Source of the DNA: Acanthaster planci
Lineage: Eukaryota
Length of the DNA: 64,000 bases
Assembly: GCF_001949145.1 (NCBI RefSeq)
Contig: NW_019091361.1
Coordinates: 2,114,919-2,178,918 of the forward strand
Direction of reading: 5' to 3'
The notes under the pieces were generated by a model. The model was not told the origin of the DNA and did no database searches. It worked only from the letters and a program-made list of their open reading frames with translations. Position 1 is the stretch's first letter, and each line of letters opens with the position of its first letter. Positions 62,391-64,000 of the stretch are shown one piece after another. Made by a program: the position numbers and the translations under genes.

Positions 62391-63199
62391 GGTTCAGGGA
62401 CACAGACGTAATGTACTCGCTGTAGACAAACCTCATCATGTAAAAAGAAGTGCTGCAAAATACCAGTTTTTTCTGGTAAAAGTCTTGATAATTTTTCTCT
62501 GTCTCTGAGTAATTACAGCTTTGTAGTGTTTTCGTGAAGTGCATGCAAGTGGTGAAACATCGATGCACATGTGTCACAACACTGTTCAAACAAAATGACA
62601 CTTGCATTGACTGTAAATTTGACGGAGGCGGCTAAAAAAAGAGGGATTGCAAAACCATGGCGATTACGTTTTGAAAATGCCAGTTTACATTGACTTCTGT
62701 TGAAATGATAGAGTGGCTTAATGATGTTATCTGACACAGATATCTGTTTTCAGATATCTCTACTACGACTACAGTCAATAGCCAAGATAAGGTACCAGAT
62801 CATCTCGCCAGCCACTGCATGACAAACTGGTAATGTGTGTACAATGTGTGTCGTGTGTTTATTACAGCACTTGAAGAGTTCATAACTCATGCTGTCGCGT
62901 TCAACCGAAAGAAGCTTGGTCGATGGTAATAATGTATGACTTTGATTTGCCTCTATGAGAAGGGAGGGGTAGCTGTGATAAGACAGGTCAGAAGATCATA
63001 AAACTCAACTTGATATCTCGCTTTGTGTATGTACAATGTGGTATTTATGACATAGGGCGATCTGTTGATACAGTACTATAGCGGCTGCGGACACAACATG
63101 AATATTCGTTCAGAACGGTTTTTAGCTCTTGCGCGCCATTCTTGCAGTGTCAAAAGCCGTCTTTCATAAAGCAGTTTGAGGGTAAGCAATACATACATT

Positions 63200-63552
63200 C
63201 ATGGGCGTAAATCCTGGGGGGGGGCTATTGAATCATCTCCCCACTTTTTTTGTGATGAGCAAAAAAAAAAAATAAAGCCGATTGTGAAGAATTTACAGGA
63301 TGTCCCAAAATGTTTGCACTATCACTAAAAAGGGAAAGCAATTTTTAAAAGCCATAAATATACCATTCCGATGTAAGATTCTGCATGAATTTGATAAACA
63401 TTACCGATGTACGTCTTCATCATGAACATCGCCCCTATATAGTGTATATGGTGTCCCCTCCCCCATCCCTGCTTTTCAAATTTCGATGGCCAGGCAAGTC
63501 ACCCCCAACCCTTTCTCATCCCCCATTCCTCCAACACATATTTACGCAACTG
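63200..63552. mobile_element. hAT-like MITE
   Basis: TIRs catgggcgtaaat and atttacgcaactg, G-rich and C-rich subterminal tracts, flanks catacatt and catgcatg (6 of 8 match, degenerate 8-bp TSD). Confidence 0.6.
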
Positions 63553-64000
63553 CATGCATGCAATGGTTACAGGACATCATATTCATTCCCTCGAAGGTCG
63601 TTCGAAAAAAGTTAGATTGAATAAGCACGAACATTACATCTATAACCCTTATATAAAATGATCTAGTCCAAACTTCAAGAGCCAGACCAAGCATCAAGGA
63701 AGTTCAATATCAGCTTCCCATCCCGTCCCATTGGGAGACTTCGGGACACGTGAGCTAATGTGCGCATGCTTAAAGTGACGCAAACAGTTCTTTTTCTGAC
63801 AGAAAAAACGTTACGTTTACCTTTTCCTCATTCTGATGTATACGTTGTCGGTTGATACATCATGCGTAGATCAGTGATACGTTATCGGTCAGAATTCCTC
63901 TTTTAAATTACATGATCCGCCTTCAGGTGATTACACAGTCGGTTAGAAATTCTACTAAGTGACACTGTCGGTCACTTAGATACATCATTGATTGGGGATA

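Overview
Intron-rich animal genomic DNA. The repeat style suggests an invertebrate deuterostome, possibly an echinoderm (inference). Most entries in the ORF track are spurious. By reading splice sites and checking phases I reconstructed three multi-exon genes. (1) + strand ADAMTSL5-like secreted protein, 12 coding exons, 7811-28314, about 546 aa: signal peptide, TSP1, Cys-rich region, ADAMTS spacer, charged linker, NTR domain. (2) - strand SERINC-family (SERINC5-like) membrane protein, up to 15 coding exons, 50689-35330. (3) + strand ZNF474-like protein with 7 intact C2HC fingers, 57528-60436. Introns and intergenic DNA hold tRNA-derived SINEs, several MITEs, a fold-back minisatellite and two assembly gaps. 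The most notable observations are a tRNA-containing, asymmetric inverted-repeat element with target duplications in two copies (Penelope-like architecture), a decayed eighth zinc finger just upstream of the ZNF474-like ORF, and a stop-in-donor switch that could add a PDZ-type tail (...STTSV*) to the SERINC. I see no clear new multi-gene system.
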